Shown: positions 1 through 11,768 of the stretch, piece after piece | How the letters are laid out: each line of letters opens with the position of its first letter | Numbering within the stretch: position 1 is the stretch's first letter | Assembly (NCBI GenBank): GCA_022813865.1 | Contig: JALDZX010000015.1 | Coordinates: 1-64,000, forward strand | Length of the DNA stretch: 64,000 bases | Direction: 5' to 3' | Origin: Xylographa opegraphella | Taxonomy: Eukaryota | Notes under the pieces: generated by a model | What the model saw: the letters and a program-made list of their open reading frames with translations, nothing else | Told to the model about the DNA's origin: nothing | Databases searched by the model: none | Position numbers and translations under genes: made by a program

Positions 1-490
1 TAGGCCTAATCGGCTATAGTAAAGGACCAACAACACAGACTGCTAACGCCCTGATGTTCAACAAAAACAACGTAATGTGCCTTATTGCGAGCTTTGATTG
101 GTAGAGGCTAGAGTCTAACTATAATCTATACTCGAATAGGTTTGTCGTACCAGCTTTAGTAAATATGTTAATGACATCTACGCTAGGTAGTGCTGCTGTT
201 AAGCTAGCTGTAAAAGGTAAGGCTGAGCTACAATAGATCTAGCTTAAGATAGCCCAAAACCCTGCAAAAAGCCCCAATTAGTGCAGGATAAGCTATTTTT
301 AGCGGAGAGCTAAAAGAAATGTGACTCTTTCCAACCATAAAAAACTCCAGATGTCCTTACGCTATATTTTGCAAACCCATTTACTTCATCGCCTCGCATT
401 TCTAGTCGGGCTAGGTACTTATACTCCTTGATTGCTGGCAGTGCTTGCAAAGGTACTCCCGGGTCTTACGCACCTAACCCCCCTCCCTTT

Positions 491-2014
491 ATGCCCAAAA
501 AACACAATCGAATCCAGTACAGCAAGCCGAACATCCCCGTCCACCCCTCCCTCTCCTCATCCACCGGTCCCACTCATCATGGCGCCCACGCGCATGCTCC
601 AGAGTCCTCCACGAGCGTCAACGACCTCATCCAGCGCCTCCGCCGCAGCCAGGCGCCGTCCACCGTAGAGCGAAACCATAGTGACTCCAACCCCCACCCC
701 TCCGTCCATCCCTCGCTGAAATCTATCCTCCAAGTCCCCGACACGCCCGCTCCCCGACCTAGACCACAGGCGGCTGCTGCGCGCCGAAGACAGCGTGGAC
801 CGGCGGGGCCGCCGCCCCCGCGAAGCTGGCTGGTCGACAGCATACACGCTCCGAGATCACTGCGGGCCGCTTCCGCTTCGGCGGAGTCGGTTCACGATGT
901 CTCGCGGCGGTTGGATCGCCTGCCGGGTCTATATCTCCCTGATGAGCGCTCGCTGATGCACCAGACCCTTAAGAGCATGGCGGACAACTGGGCGTGGCAT
1001 ATGGAATACGACCAGTACTACCTCGCCACCCTGCCCGAGCTCCTCAAACAAGCCCTGCTGGCCTACATCGCCGTCTACAGCCCCCAGCCCACGACGCGCG
1101 CCGCCCTCGAGCTCCTCTTCCTAGACGACACCACGCTCGAAGACGCAACCGGCTGCGAGGCCATCACGCACCTCGACCTCAGCGGCGCCGCCACCCTCAA
1201 AGACCTCTCCAAGATCTTCGAGAAACAATCACCCGCGCTCACGTCCGCCGGACCAGCGGCTCCGATCCCCGACACCTGGGACACCCTCGCCCCCAGCCCC
1301 TTCACCACGCCGACGACCCGCTTCCCGGCTCTGACCCACCTCTCGCTCGCGCACCCCCCCTCCCCCTCCTGGCGCCCCCTCCTCTCCACCCTCCCGCACC
1401 TCCGCTCCCTCACGCACCTCTCCCTCGCGCACTGGCCCGCCCCCTCCCTGACCCCGAACGCCAAAACCGCCACCCTCGCCTCCCCGGCGGGCACCGTCCG
1501 CTACGGCGCCAGCGACATGTACAGCGCCTCGGACGGCGACTGGAGCGAAGCCGCCGGCATCCTCCGCCGCCTCGGCCGCGGCACCCTCTGTCTCAAATGG
1601 CTCGACCTCGACGGCTGCGTGGCGTGGATCCGCGCCCTGGCTTGGACGGACGCCGACGGCGCCGGCGGCGTCGACTGGACGGGCGCCTGGCGCGGGCTGG
1701 AGGCCGTGAGGTGCGCCCAGGGATGGCTGCCGCGGGGCTTGGACGGCGACCGGGACGGGGCCGTGTTGCACGTCGGGGACGAGGGCCGCGACGGGGCCGA
1801 GTGGGATGTGGAGGGTGAGAGGAGCCGCTATCGCGAAAAGGTCACTCGGGAGGCGTGGGTGGAGCGCGAGGTGGAGGTTCGTAGGGTGGAGACCTTGGTG
1901 GGTGCGAAGCGGAGAGGTCGCGCCGGGAGAGTGGTGTTTGAGAAGACGGAGGTGGAGGAGTGGGTGGATAGGATGCTGGGGGAGAGGAGTCGGGGGGGTG
2001 GGGATGTGGGTTAA
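491..2014 (+). CDS. Hypothetical protein with Pro-rich N-terminus and LRR-like segments
   Basis: Intronless ORF; first ATG at 491 (MPKKHNRIQYSKP). LRR-like repeats AITHLDLS, PALTHLSLAH, RSLTHLSLAH, CLKWLDLDGC; strong GC3 codon bias. Confidence 0.7.
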   Translation: MPKKHNRIQYSKPNIPVHPSLSSSTGPTHHGAHAHAPESSTSVNDLIQRLRRSQAPSTVERNHSDSNPHPSVHPSLKSILQVPDTPAPRPRPQAAAARRRQRGPAGPPPPRSWLVDSIHAPRSLRAASASAESVHDVSRRLDRLPGLYLPDERSLMHQTLKSMADNWAWHMEYDQYYLATLPELLKQALLAYIAVYSPQPTTRAALELLFLDDTTLEDATGCEAITHLDLSGAATLKDLSKIFEKQSPALTSAGPAAPIPDTWDTLAPSPFTTPTTRFPALTHLSLAHPPSPSWRPLLSTLPHLRSLTHLSLAHWPAPSLTPNAKTATLASPAGTVRYGASDMYSASDGDWSEAAGILRRLGRGTLCLKWLDLDGCVAWIRALAWTDADGAGGVDWTGAWRGLEAVRCAQGWLPRGLDGDRDGAVLHVGDEGRDGAEWDVEGERSRYREKVTREAWVEREVEVRRVETLVGAKRRGRAGRVVFEKTEVEEWVDRMLGERSRGGGDVG

Positions 2015-2511
2015 GTAAGGGTTTGTGAGGCTGGTTTTTGGGGGATATGGGACCGCGGTTCGAGGATCCGGTGATGCACTGGACACGGTGGAATTTTTTA
2101 CGGCTTGTATGATGATACGGGAGGAAGGCTGTTACACGCGTGCACGAGGCGAGTGTCTTTCGTGGTGAGTAACAGGGATGGAGAGAATGTCACCGCTCCA
2201 CTTTTGAGTCCCAACCATCTATGCACACTCCGCGCTACAGATCAGGATCTGTCCGACCAGCGCGACCAGAGACTCCCCCAAGTGCCCCTAGACTCTCCAC
2301 TGCCCTCACTCGTCTCACTACGCTTGCTGCCCTTACTCCCCTCGCTACCCTCGCGGCCCTTACTGGTATCACTGCCTTCACTCCGCATCCCCTCCTCAAC
2401 CCAAACACTCACCTCAACCTCCCATTCCCCCTTCCCCAAAACCTCCACCTCGATCCCTACCACCACAAAGACTCCTTAGCCCCCGTGCCGGACACACGAA
2501 CGACGCACGGA

Positions 2512-5142
2512 CTAACCCGCTCTATCCCCCATACCAGTATCCTTGTCCACCCTTCCACCTTCCACCCCCCCTTCCGCTACCCCATCCAACTCCCCCTCCA
2601 CAGCAGGCCGCGCAAACCTCCACGGGCACCAGACGCCGCCCTCCATCCTCAAGCGGGCCGTTGCCATTGGCGCCGGGCCACGGGTCGACTTGCACGGTGG
2701 ATCAGGCAGGGCGGCCTGGCCGGAGGAGACGGATTTGTTGCTCGGGGCGCAGGCGCCGTTCTGCCAGTGGGCGAGCGTGCGGGCGCGGCCGAGCCCGCCG
2801 AGGTAGAGCGCGGTCGCCGCGGCGGGGTCGGGGCCGATGCCATCGGGGGGCTGAGGGAGGATCCAGGCGGCGGGGTCGATGCCCGTTTCGGCGGCGAGAG
2901 TGGTGGAGGTGGGTGCGTGGGGGCGGAGCTGCTCAATACCAGCGCGGGAGCGGAGGCGGTTGAGTTTGGTGCGCCAGGAAGTGAGTTCCGGGGACGGGGG
3001 CGCGGTGGAGCCGGGAGGGTTGTGAAGGCTGGCGGTCGATCGGCGGGGAGGGATGCTAAGGTGCCTAGGGCTGTGGCGTTTTCGGAGGGGCATGCTGAGC
3101 TTGTGAGGGCCTTGGGACCAGATGGGCGTGTTTTCGTCGACGAGTTTCCAATGCACGGGTGCGGGGGAGCGGAAGCCAGGAGAGAGCTCGTAACGAAGTC
3201 GGTCTAGCTTGGTATGGAGGCTTTGCACGAATAAATCGTTTGCTGCCAAAGCGGAGTCCTTCTGGTCTGGGTTGAGAGCCGCATCGGCACGTTCGTTTGG
3301 TATGAAAGTAAGACCGTTTGGGGACCTTATTGGCAATTCGAAGCTTTGGGATTCCGTGTGTGGTAATGAACAGAGCAATGGAGCTTGGAAGTTGTGCGGC
3401 TTATCAAAACGACGCTTCATAAGGGGCATATAATCAACGCCAGCGCCAGGATCAACGACTGGGAAAAACATAGATGGCTGAGGCACGTTGAGCTCGTCTT
3501 GTTCGGTTTCGGATTCGTGCTGCATCGATACATAGATTCCTCTATCAACGGGTCTTTTACGCATAATTGGTCCGAGCGTCGAATTGGGCGTGGCAGATGG
3601 TGCTTTGACGGTGGGAGTAGCAAATTGAGATAGTGAACTGCGAAGCGTTTCTTTACCCATCAAATGAGAGCTTCGCAGAGGCGGCATTGACTTCGACAAC
3701 GATGGAGACTGGGAGAGCGGGAGATCGTCCCACAACTTGCGATATTGTGAGAGATGTAGCATGTCCATCCGGATTGAGGTTGTACTCTCTTGCCAAGATA
3801 TGGCTCCATCAAGAGAACCTTCCACTTCATAAGCGCTCATATCGTCGACAAACATGGCTGGCGATGTTGGTCCGTAAGTGCGAGGGGTGAAGGGGCTCCC
3901 TGATCGGTCAATAGTGCCACAGTATTTGCTTCCAATAATTTTTGAATAATTATATCCATTTTGCGAGACCAGCCACTTTGGTCGGTCATCAATATGATTC
4001 CAAAGATTTTGATCGTAAGACGTCTTCGAGGCATCAAGGAGAGACATCGACTTACTTCGGGTTGGACGGCTCATCTTGCTCTTGCGGCACGAGTTGAAAT
4101 CAGATGTGTCTTCTGAGTTTGGAGGAACATGTAGCTTGTATGAACCTAGACTTCGATAGGGCTCTGGTATCGATGCTTTCTGAAGCGACAAGTGTTGTTC
4201 TCTCGGCTTTTGAGGGTCACATTGGAGCTTCATCAACGCAGAAGTGAGAGGCAGCGAAGTTATCCTTCTCGTTGCAACTGATTTTAGTCTGTCAAATTTT
4301 GCGGCAAAGCTCAGGTTTTGCTGACGAGCAGGAAATGCCTGAAATCCTTCCGAAAGCCGTTCGTTTTCTTGGCCGGATATAGGTACACCTAACTCTCCGG
4401 AAGTTGCCCTGTGAATTTCCTCGGTGTCGGATTGTAAGAACCACAAATGTCTGTTCGTGACATGGCGTCGTCTGACCGTAGGCATATTCTCAGGGTCACA
4501 TGGCATCGATAGAGCTCCACTCATTACAGGCGCAGCGCCATTGTGACGTAAGATGGGCAGTCGGGCGTGATTCGTTTCAAGGCTGGTCTGGTCAAATCGA
4601 CGATTTTGGGTGTCCGGCAAGGAGTACCTCGACAAGCCTTCTTCTAGCTCATGTTCAGTATTTCTTGATACGCTTGGACTGATTTGCCGTGGCCGAGAAC
4701 CGAGTCTGCTTGACCATTCCGGAGAAGCATATCGAGCAGAAAACACATCATTCCGCTCCTCCGCTGTTACTGTCCCTAGCTCTTCAGGGGCCCAGAACCA
4801 AGCTGTATAGTCTGTAGCGATGTGTTTGATGCCAAGCTTGTTCAGGACGGCTGACCATCTGCGTTTCGGATGCGGCGAGTGGGTGAGCCGACGCCTGAAT
4901 CCTATCAGGTTGTACCAGCTACGGAAACCTTGTATCTGCGCGCCATCTCTGGAACGTTTGTGATTTCTCCATGCCGATGTGATAATTCTATTGAGAAGCA
5001 ATAGAAGGAAAGGAATTAGTATCATAGCCAGTGCAACACCGAGAAATGTTGAGAGCCAAGTCAACAACCATCTGTTGCTTGCAGAGGACGTGGAAGCTGT
5101 ACCATTAGCGGCTAGTAAGTCTGGTAAATCGATCCTCGACAT
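2512..5142 (-). CDS. Hypothetical single-pass membrane protein, mostly disordered
   Basis: Long uninterrupted ORF; first ATG at 5142 (MSRIDLPDLL). One hydrophobic segment (WLLTWLSTFLGVALAMILIPFLLLLL), Ser/Pro-rich body, possible small C-terminal motif (IDPAAWILPQPP). Confidence 0.65.
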   Translation of the reverse strand: MSRIDLPDLLAANGTASTSSASNRWLLTWLSTFLGVALAMILIPFLLLLLNRIITSAWRNHKRSRDGAQIQGFRSWYNLIGFRRRLTHSPHPKRRWSAVLNKLGIKHIATDYTAWFWAPEELGTVTAEERNDVFSARYASPEWSSRLGSRPRQISPSVSRNTEHELEEGLSRYSLPDTQNRRFDQTSLETNHARLPILRHNGAAPVMSGALSMPCDPENMPTVRRRHVTNRHLWFLQSDTEEIHRATSGELGVPISGQENERLSEGFQAFPARQQNLSFAAKFDRLKSVATRRITSLPLTSALMKLQCDPQKPREQHLSLQKASIPEPYRSLGSYKLHVPPNSEDTSDFNSCRKSKMSRPTRSKSMSLLDASKTSYDQNLWNHIDDRPKWLVSQNGYNYSKIIGSKYCGTIDRSGSPFTPRTYGPTSPAMFVDDMSAYEVEGSLDGAISWQESTTSIRMDMLHLSQYRKLWDDLPLSQSPSLSKSMPPLRSSHLMGKETLRSSLSQFATPTVKAPSATPNSTLGPIMRKRPVDRGIYVSMQHESETEQDELNVPQPSMFFPVVDPGAGVDYMPLMKRRFDKPHNFQAPLLCSLPHTESQSFELPIRSPNGLTFIPNERADAALNPDQKDSALAANDLFVQSLHTKLDRLRYELSPGFRSPAPVHWKLVDENTPIWSQGPHKLSMPLRKRHSPRHLSIPPRRSTASLHNPPGSTAPPSPELTSWRTKLNRLRSRAGIEQLRPHAPTSTTLAAETGIDPAAWILPQPPDGIGPDPAAATALYLGGLGRARTLAHWQNGACAPSNKSVSSGQAALPDPPCKSTRGPAPMATARLRMEGGVWCPWRFARPAVEGELDGVAEGGVEGGRVDKDTGMGDRAG

Positions 5143-7869
5143 ATTGATTGGCTTCTCGATATTCAATCGAGACCAGTGAAGCAGAATACCACCACCACAA
5201 AGATAGCGTGCTTTACACCCTGGTTTTTCGTCTTCCACTGCAGCAACTTGCGTTCTATTGGTGCTTGTCTCAAAGGCTTAACCGCCAGCTGAATTGAACA
5301 CAGGGTCAATCAAGCGTACCGCGATCACTCTAGCAGCCAGCTTGTCCATCTCGGCAAGCACATAACGCAATAAGAGGTACTCGTTAGTGCAAATGACAAA
5401 TGAATATGAATCCACAAGATACAACAAACACAGACGGTACCCTCTACTAGACATAAGATTACCAGAGGTGCTTCAAACAAAGTGCATGAAGGGATTGGTG
5501 CAATCGAGCGAAGCCCCGAAGCCCCGGAGAGTGAAGACAGGGGACGAAATGAGGCAGGTGCGTAGTGCGTGCCGTGTCATTGAACAAGACCGGGGAGGAA
5601 CAAGGCGAGCACGACTGCTCTCATTGAAGCTTCCTACTTGGACCAGATAGAACCGGTGGCTGCTAAGCAGAGTGCTCTACAGCAGTCGCCTCCAATAGCC
5701 TGAATGGCTCATGGGGGAGAACGACACTGAGAGGTCGACAATATTTCGATAGCCATCGGCGGACACCGTGGTAGTGTGACACCTTCAGAGGAACATCATC
5801 CACCATTGCGTGCACGCGATTGCGATGTGTAGGATTTCAGACACGGATGAAGTTCCATGGTATCTTCCGTGCAGGCTCTGATAAAGCGCCGGAAAATCAA
5901 ATTCCCACGTGCCTAGGCGAGCGCGGGATGCGGTCGAGCGCAACTCTGCACGTTCATTCGCGACCAGCTGGTCGCGCGGCAGAGACTATATGTCGTGGAG
6001 GTTGTCAATGGCACACCGTTGCCTCGTCGACGTACCTAAGGTAAGTCGTCCTTTACTAATTAAGTACGAGATCGCTCTCGGGGCGGGCCAAAGTTGACAT
6101 CTTCCCGGATTGGGATCGTGGCCGCTTCATGTGGCCTAAAGCGGGCCGCATTGGGCATTAGAGGCGCGGTGGTGGCGGCGAACGCCCCACGCTTACACGA
6201 TCCAGAAGCAGAGAGCCGCGGACCCTGAGAGGCTAGTCGGTTGCAGTTGACTGCCCGGCAATTGAAGATGCGACGTCGGAAGGAATCGTGAGAGGTCGAG
6301 AGAGTTCGTCGATGACGCGGGTGAGGGGCAGAAAAGGGTGCGACAATCGTGGTGACATAGCTGATCTCCCGCTCGCTACACGTAGTCAGATGCGAAAGCT
6401 GCAGAGATCTGACAGCTGGACCCGAAATAGATCTCCGTCCCCAAGGGTCATGGCCATCGGTGTCCCGCCCATTGGCCATTGGCTACAAGCCACACATCCA
6501 TACATCCATCTTGCCTTCACCAACGCTAAATCCACCCGCGGGCCAGCCTACGATCGTGGCGCTTATATGCCTGAGGTCGGCCCCCGGCGGCCGCCAGCCT
6601 GGGCGTCATGGTGGCATTCTCTGAGAAAGCCTAGTATCCCTTAGTCGTGTGTAGTCGAAAACTCTACTGAACAGGACCCTCGCACATTGAGCTTAGAGAC
6701 CGGACTAGCGAATAACGCCGGCATCCTTGCTCCGTCGCAGTGACCCTCTTTCGGCCCAGAGGAGATACGGTTCTGGGGTGGCGGGCGAGAGATGTGAGAC
6801 CTGGCCGCACTCCCTGACGCTATCTGCGCGATTGCCGGCTGTCCCGTGAATAGTCCTGACCGACCGAGCTGAGGAATGAGGAATGACCATGAGTGTCATG
6901 ATGCTCACGAACAACAATCCTTGCGGGAGTGCTGTTGGTGTTCCAAAGCTCAATTGCCGAATCCTGTCCACGCCAATCGACCCTTCTGTATTCCGCACCC
7001 TCTGCCTCGCGGAAGCGGGACATACCAGCGAGGAGCCCGGGGTCAGAGGAGCCCCAGGTCGTTGTGAAGCTATCGGGATCACGGCTCATTCCAGAGGGAT
7101 GCTTCACCCTTGCAGTTGTAACAGTCCAGCCAAAACCGGTTCTGCTCCGCCGAGTACTATCTTTTAGGAAACATGACCTGGGAAGAAAGTAACATCGGTG
7201 ATTCGATTGTCAGAGCTATGCAGTCTCTCGTCCTGTGAACGCCTTAGATTTCCGTGAGGCTGGATTCGTTGCTTTCTTCTCCACCAGAATGCCGTTTACG
7301 ACATGTCTGGAGGATTCTGATCGCATGATCAATGCCGTATTCTGCACGGAGGCGAGCTCAATATTGAAGCCCCTGTTATAATTCCCGTCATCGTAGATGT
7401 GCAGCCCTCGCCAGGACTATAAAGTCAACCGAGGGAAGCCTATGGTCTGGCATCGATCTCAGCACTCTATCCTTGTATCTGAACTCTGAACTGCATAAGC
7501 AAGAACGTATCTGAACAGGAACAGTACTGGTGGAGTGCAGGAGTTCAGGACGAAAGTGAATGATCAACAATGTTAGTATCTTCTCCGTCAAGTTTGCATC
7601 TTTTCCAGTGTAGCGATAGAGTGGTTGATACCCTCACGCTCTCCCATGACAGTGGCACCTGGATAACTGTGATGGACAAGATGTTGTAGTGTTGTTGGCT
7701 TAGTGATCGAGTTGCCTGTTGTGCTTGCAATTCGTCCTTGAAATCAATCAACATCCTCCAGCTCTTCGTGGTTGGGCTGTAATATCTTACTCCTTTTGTA
7801 CCTTTCGATAATGTTGCAACAAACCCTAGAACGAAGTTAACATTCCGAAGCTAGTGGAGGAAAACATCG

Positions 7870-8833
7870 ATGCCCAGTCGAGGCCGACCGAGAGGAACCA
7901 GTCAAAGTAATATCAATACAGTATCAGGCAGTCAAATCAGGCGCTCGAGCACCCTTCGTGGACCACGAGCAACCCTCTCTACTCAGAGACGATCTACACG
8001 TCTGTCCAATCTGTTTGCGGCGAGTGAAGGCGAGCTTCCGAGTATATCAGACACCAGTGGTACACAAGTAACGGAAGCCAGCTCGCAAAGTTGTGCTTTA
8101 ATTCCTGAGCAACAAAACGAAGAACCTACTGGTATTGAAAGACCACAGACTCATATCGTTGAAGACGAGTTCGACCAACATCTCGAAGATCAGACATCAA
8201 GACAGCATCAGGTCATCTTGACTGAAGAAGATTATTTGATGAACGGAATTGTTCTGCAAACAGATAATTCATACACCATGAGAATCATCATAGAACCACC
8301 TCTCCGAGCACGACCAGGCGAAGTCTTGACACCACCTCTTGTCATGAGTCTCGAAAACGATTCAGGTACAAACTCGCCAGCACGGGAGCCGGTTGACCCA
8401 GCCCTACTCTGGGCGGTGGTATCAGTTGTGTCGGAAGATGATCGGACACCGCTGGCGCCTCCTCGGACAGACTTGTTGAGAGGTACGATTGCAGACTCAG
8501 TTCACCCACTGACACCACCCGATCATGCAGGCCAAATTGGACTTGTGGCATTTCCAAATTTAATCATTCGGGAGCCTGGACGATACAGACTCAGAGTGTC
8601 TTTGATCAAGATGAATGCGGTTGGAGCAACCAGGACACCGTCATACGAAGGCGGCACGGCTGTTCAGAGCATGTCAAGCAGAGTGATTGATGTAGCTCCC
8701 ACTGCGGAGGCTTTGGTACCAGGTTTGGGTCTTTTGACGTACTCAATAAGGACGGAACTGACAGAAATCAGGAAGAGACGAGCGAAACTTGTTGGCAGCT
8801 TTGCAACAGCGTGGATTACAGTTGGGGCACTAA
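7870..8833 (+). CDS. Divergent velvet-domain protein
   Basis: YTMRIIIEPPLRARPG..LTPPLVMSL and AFPNLIIREPGRYRLRVSL resemble velvet motifs (Y.L.V.QQP.RAR..PPP.VQL; F.DLSVR.EG.YRL.F.L). A predicted intron at 8723-8771 (GT..ACTGAC..CAG) gives the C-terminus GRDERNLLAALQQRGLQLGH*, similar to the velvet terminal helix. Confidence 0.65.
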
Positions 8834-9678
8834 GCATGCTGGATCTAGAACACGAGGCTGGAAATACATTTGGGTTTCATGAGATATGATCTGACTGAAT
8901 TTTTGATATTAGAATGCTGCGATGATTGATTTGAATCTTGTAATAATGGATCGATGAAGCGATAAATAATTGTTGTTGTAGCAGGAATAGAGATTGCACT
9001 TTCTAGCGTGCTAGATTTTGACTTTGATCTGCCCCTCGTGATGTGAAATACTCGCACTTAATTCCATTTCTCAACCCCGTAGCGCTAATTACTTAAGCGA
9101 ACCCCGTTCTTACCGTTCTGATATATGCGCAGCAATCTAAGATATACCGTGAATAGGGACGTGAGTTAAAGTGCCTGTTACGATGATTCGAGTCGCTGCC
9201 TTGTCGTGAGCTAAATAACGACCCAGATGGGTAGTAGCGGCAGTATATCCATAACGGCATGGCAATACATTATATGATAAAATCTATTCGGAAGAGAGAA
9301 CTGTCGTCGTCCGTTAGCTGTGCTCGGTAGACTAGTCCAGAATTTATCTAGCACACCACAACTGTATTGACCGGTTTGCCTCATGAGTCACCTGAACAAC
9401 CCGTCACATTCGTGTTTTACCGCACCTTACCCTGTCAATATGTCACGCAGGGCTTCCAGCTGCACCCGGCTAGGCAACACGCGGCTCTTCGAGTCATCAC
9501 TGAACATACATAATCATCGTGTGCAGCCGCCCGCCCGCCCTCTTTCATTAAGGCGGTGCATGATTGCTGTGCTCAGAAACTTCCACATGACTCCTGATCA
9601 GAAGCTTCAGGAACAAAACCCATAACATCATTATGATTTCCTTTCGCACTCCCTTTGTGCAACTGTACTTTCCCCTAG

Positions 9679-10230
9679 ATGACGCCAAGAATATTGACTG
9701 GCGTCCATCATCAAAGGAGCCATTCATGGCCACCTTTCCGACTGCGCTCGTCTCAACCTCCGAAGGATATCGATGAGAATCCGTTTGCTTTCTTCATCAC
9801 CACTACCGGCGGCGCCGACGAGATCCCCGAAGATTCTATGTCCGCAGGGATCGAACAAAGGCCACGCTCTAGATCGCTATCACCGTTACGTCTCCGTGTA
9901 AAGCACAACCCAGACTTGGCGTCACTCACAGTGCCCAACCCCTTTTCGAGACTAAAGCGATGGATACAGAAAATGGAAAAACAATACTTCCACCAGGGTT
10001 CTGTCAGTCCACTTGAAGTGCCTCAGAATACACCAGTGTCCATTTTGCCGCGATCGCCCGCATCGCCACCTTCGCGTGGTCGTGGAAGCATCCGGGGTAG
10101 TCCCAGGAGCCTTAGATCCCCTGACAGTGGAAGTCATTCCGGACGACCACGTGTTTGGAGAGAGCCTAGTGAGGATATCTGGCCAGTAGTCGAGGAACAG
10201 GAAGAGATCGGGCTTGGTATTTCCCTATAA
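9679..10230 (+). CDS. Small hypothetical Ser/Pro/Arg-rich protein
   Basis: 183-aa ATG-initiated ORF with motif-like blocks DIDENPFAFFI and VWREPSEDIWPVVEE. Confidence 0.55.
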   Translation: MTPRILTGVHHQRSHSWPPFRLRSSQPPKDIDENPFAFFITTTGGADEIPEDSMSAGIEQRPRSRSLSPLRLRVKHNPDLASLTVPNPFSRLKRWIQKMEKQYFHQGSVSPLEVPQNTPVSILPRSPASPPSRGRGSIRGSPRSLRSPDSGSHSGRPRVWREPSEDIWPVVEEQEEIGLGISL

Positions 10231-10310
10231 TGCTCGGCGTCAAGGTAGGTCTGTCGACTTCTCAATTTTTGGCATATCCGATACTCTATGCAGTAGACCT
10301 CAGTGACTGA

Positions 10311-10998
10311 TCAGAGAAACTTCCTCCCCGCAGTCACCACCCGCGCCTTGAACACAGGGCTGCCGAGTGTCTTATTGATGCTCTGGAATGGATTCATCAC
10401 CGCTTTAACCCACGCTTCATATACCTCCGTAAAGAACAGGCGTAGTGCCTCTTCAGCTTGCGGACTGGTCGGATTATTGGGTATTGCTGCCGTATTCCCG
10501 GTAGAAGAGGACGTGGAAGCTCGGAGAAGCGAGGATGGAGGGGTGGTGGTTGTGTAAGGACCGAATGGTGGAAATACATTAGGATTCTGCGAAGCCGAAA
10601 CGGTGGATGGGGCCGTGTTAGGCGGATGGGGAAGATGAAGTAGCATAAACTTGACCGAAGTTGGGGTGAGAAAACAGGAGACGTGCGACGATGCAAAGTG
10701 GTCTACACGTTTCAAGTACCTAACGTTGTGACACCATGGTCAGCACAAGTGAGCACTGGCAACTTGCTTTTCATATCAGGTATTTAGCTCTGATTCGTAG
10801 GACAGGTACTGACATCTGACTATTCAACCATTGTACTTCTTCCACAATGTCTAGACTAGCATGTACGATGAATGGATTCAGCTGCCTTGCTTCCGTGGGA
10901 AAGCGTGCAATTCCATCTCCGCCCTGTTTTGAGGTTCCAAATTCTAATTCGAAAAGCGGGTTGTCCTTCGTGCCAACGATGCAGAAGTAATAGGACAT
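10311..10998 (-). CDS. TRS20: TRAPP complex subunit Trs20 (sedlin family)
   Basis: MSYYFCIVGTKDNPLFELEF, FIVHASLDIVEE, MYLKRVDHF, FFTEVYEAWVKAVMNPF; one intron about 10720-10813. Confidence 0.95.
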
Positions 10999-11255
10999 GT
11001 TAGTCTCAATTCATGCTCTTGAAAGCTATCAAAGCTTAGACAATCAAACGGCACAAGCCCTCCTAAGGAAAATAGGAAGGGCGTTACTTTGAAGTGTGAT
11101 GCGTCAGGTCGAGGAATATGCTCCGTGCGGCAGAACTACGGAGCTGCTCACCAGTTTTGAACTCGGCTCTGATTGGCTGACATGTTTTGAGCGTAACCCT
11201 GAGCTCATTGAACAACTTCTAGGAGATATTCCAAGCAGATCACCAAAACCCCATC

Positions 11256-11768
11256 ATGTTTGGTCCGTTCAGAGCTTCTTCTCCCCTTTTAGGAGGTCTA
11301 CTATGGTATAGTTCTACATCTCTATACTAGAATTCCCCAACAGTACTAACAAGCCGTGCAGGAAAATCCCTTGGCGACTTTCCAGACCACAGAAAGCGCG
11401 GCAACGGAAACGCCTGCGAGCCGTGGATACAGTGGTATCTGTTGTCGACAATGCGCTTGCCAGGGCCGGTCTCGTAACGAAGGCGGTGGAGAGGTGGAAG
11501 GCGGAGATGCCAAACGAGGCGGAGATGGTGCCGAAAGACAAGTACACGATGTTTGACCGGAAGGAGAAGAGGTATCGGAAGGGTGTTCACAGTACGTGCC
11601 GTTTCTGTTTTACCCTCTCGTGCCGAGGCTATGGGCAGAAATCTCGAGACGTCGAGAAGCTGCGCTGTCGATCATCGATATATTACCGTTTCGCTAATGC
11701 GCGAATCTACTACAGAGCTTCCGAAGTGGACGAGAGTCAGTCAAAGGGTTAATCCTCCAGGCTTCTGA
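11256..11768 (+). CDS. MRPL31: Mitochondrial large-subunit ribosomal protein L31 (mL60)
   Basis: Three exons: MFGPFRASSPLLGGLLW / KIPWRLSRPQKARQRKRLRAVD...PKDKYTMFDRKEKRYRKGVH / KLPKWTRVSQRVNPPGF*. Confidence 0.93.

Noticed and set aside
994..3207. Long overlapping ORFs (994-1818, 1229-2086, 2221-3207)
   Set aside because: Shadow frames of GC-rich genes, Arg/Pro/Gly-rich with no recognisable domains.
5300..7860. Many short ORFs and a GTAAGT donor at 6041 in the 2.6-kb spacer
   Set aside because: I could not assemble a coherent spliced CDS; probably promoter or 5' UTR of the flanking divergent genes.
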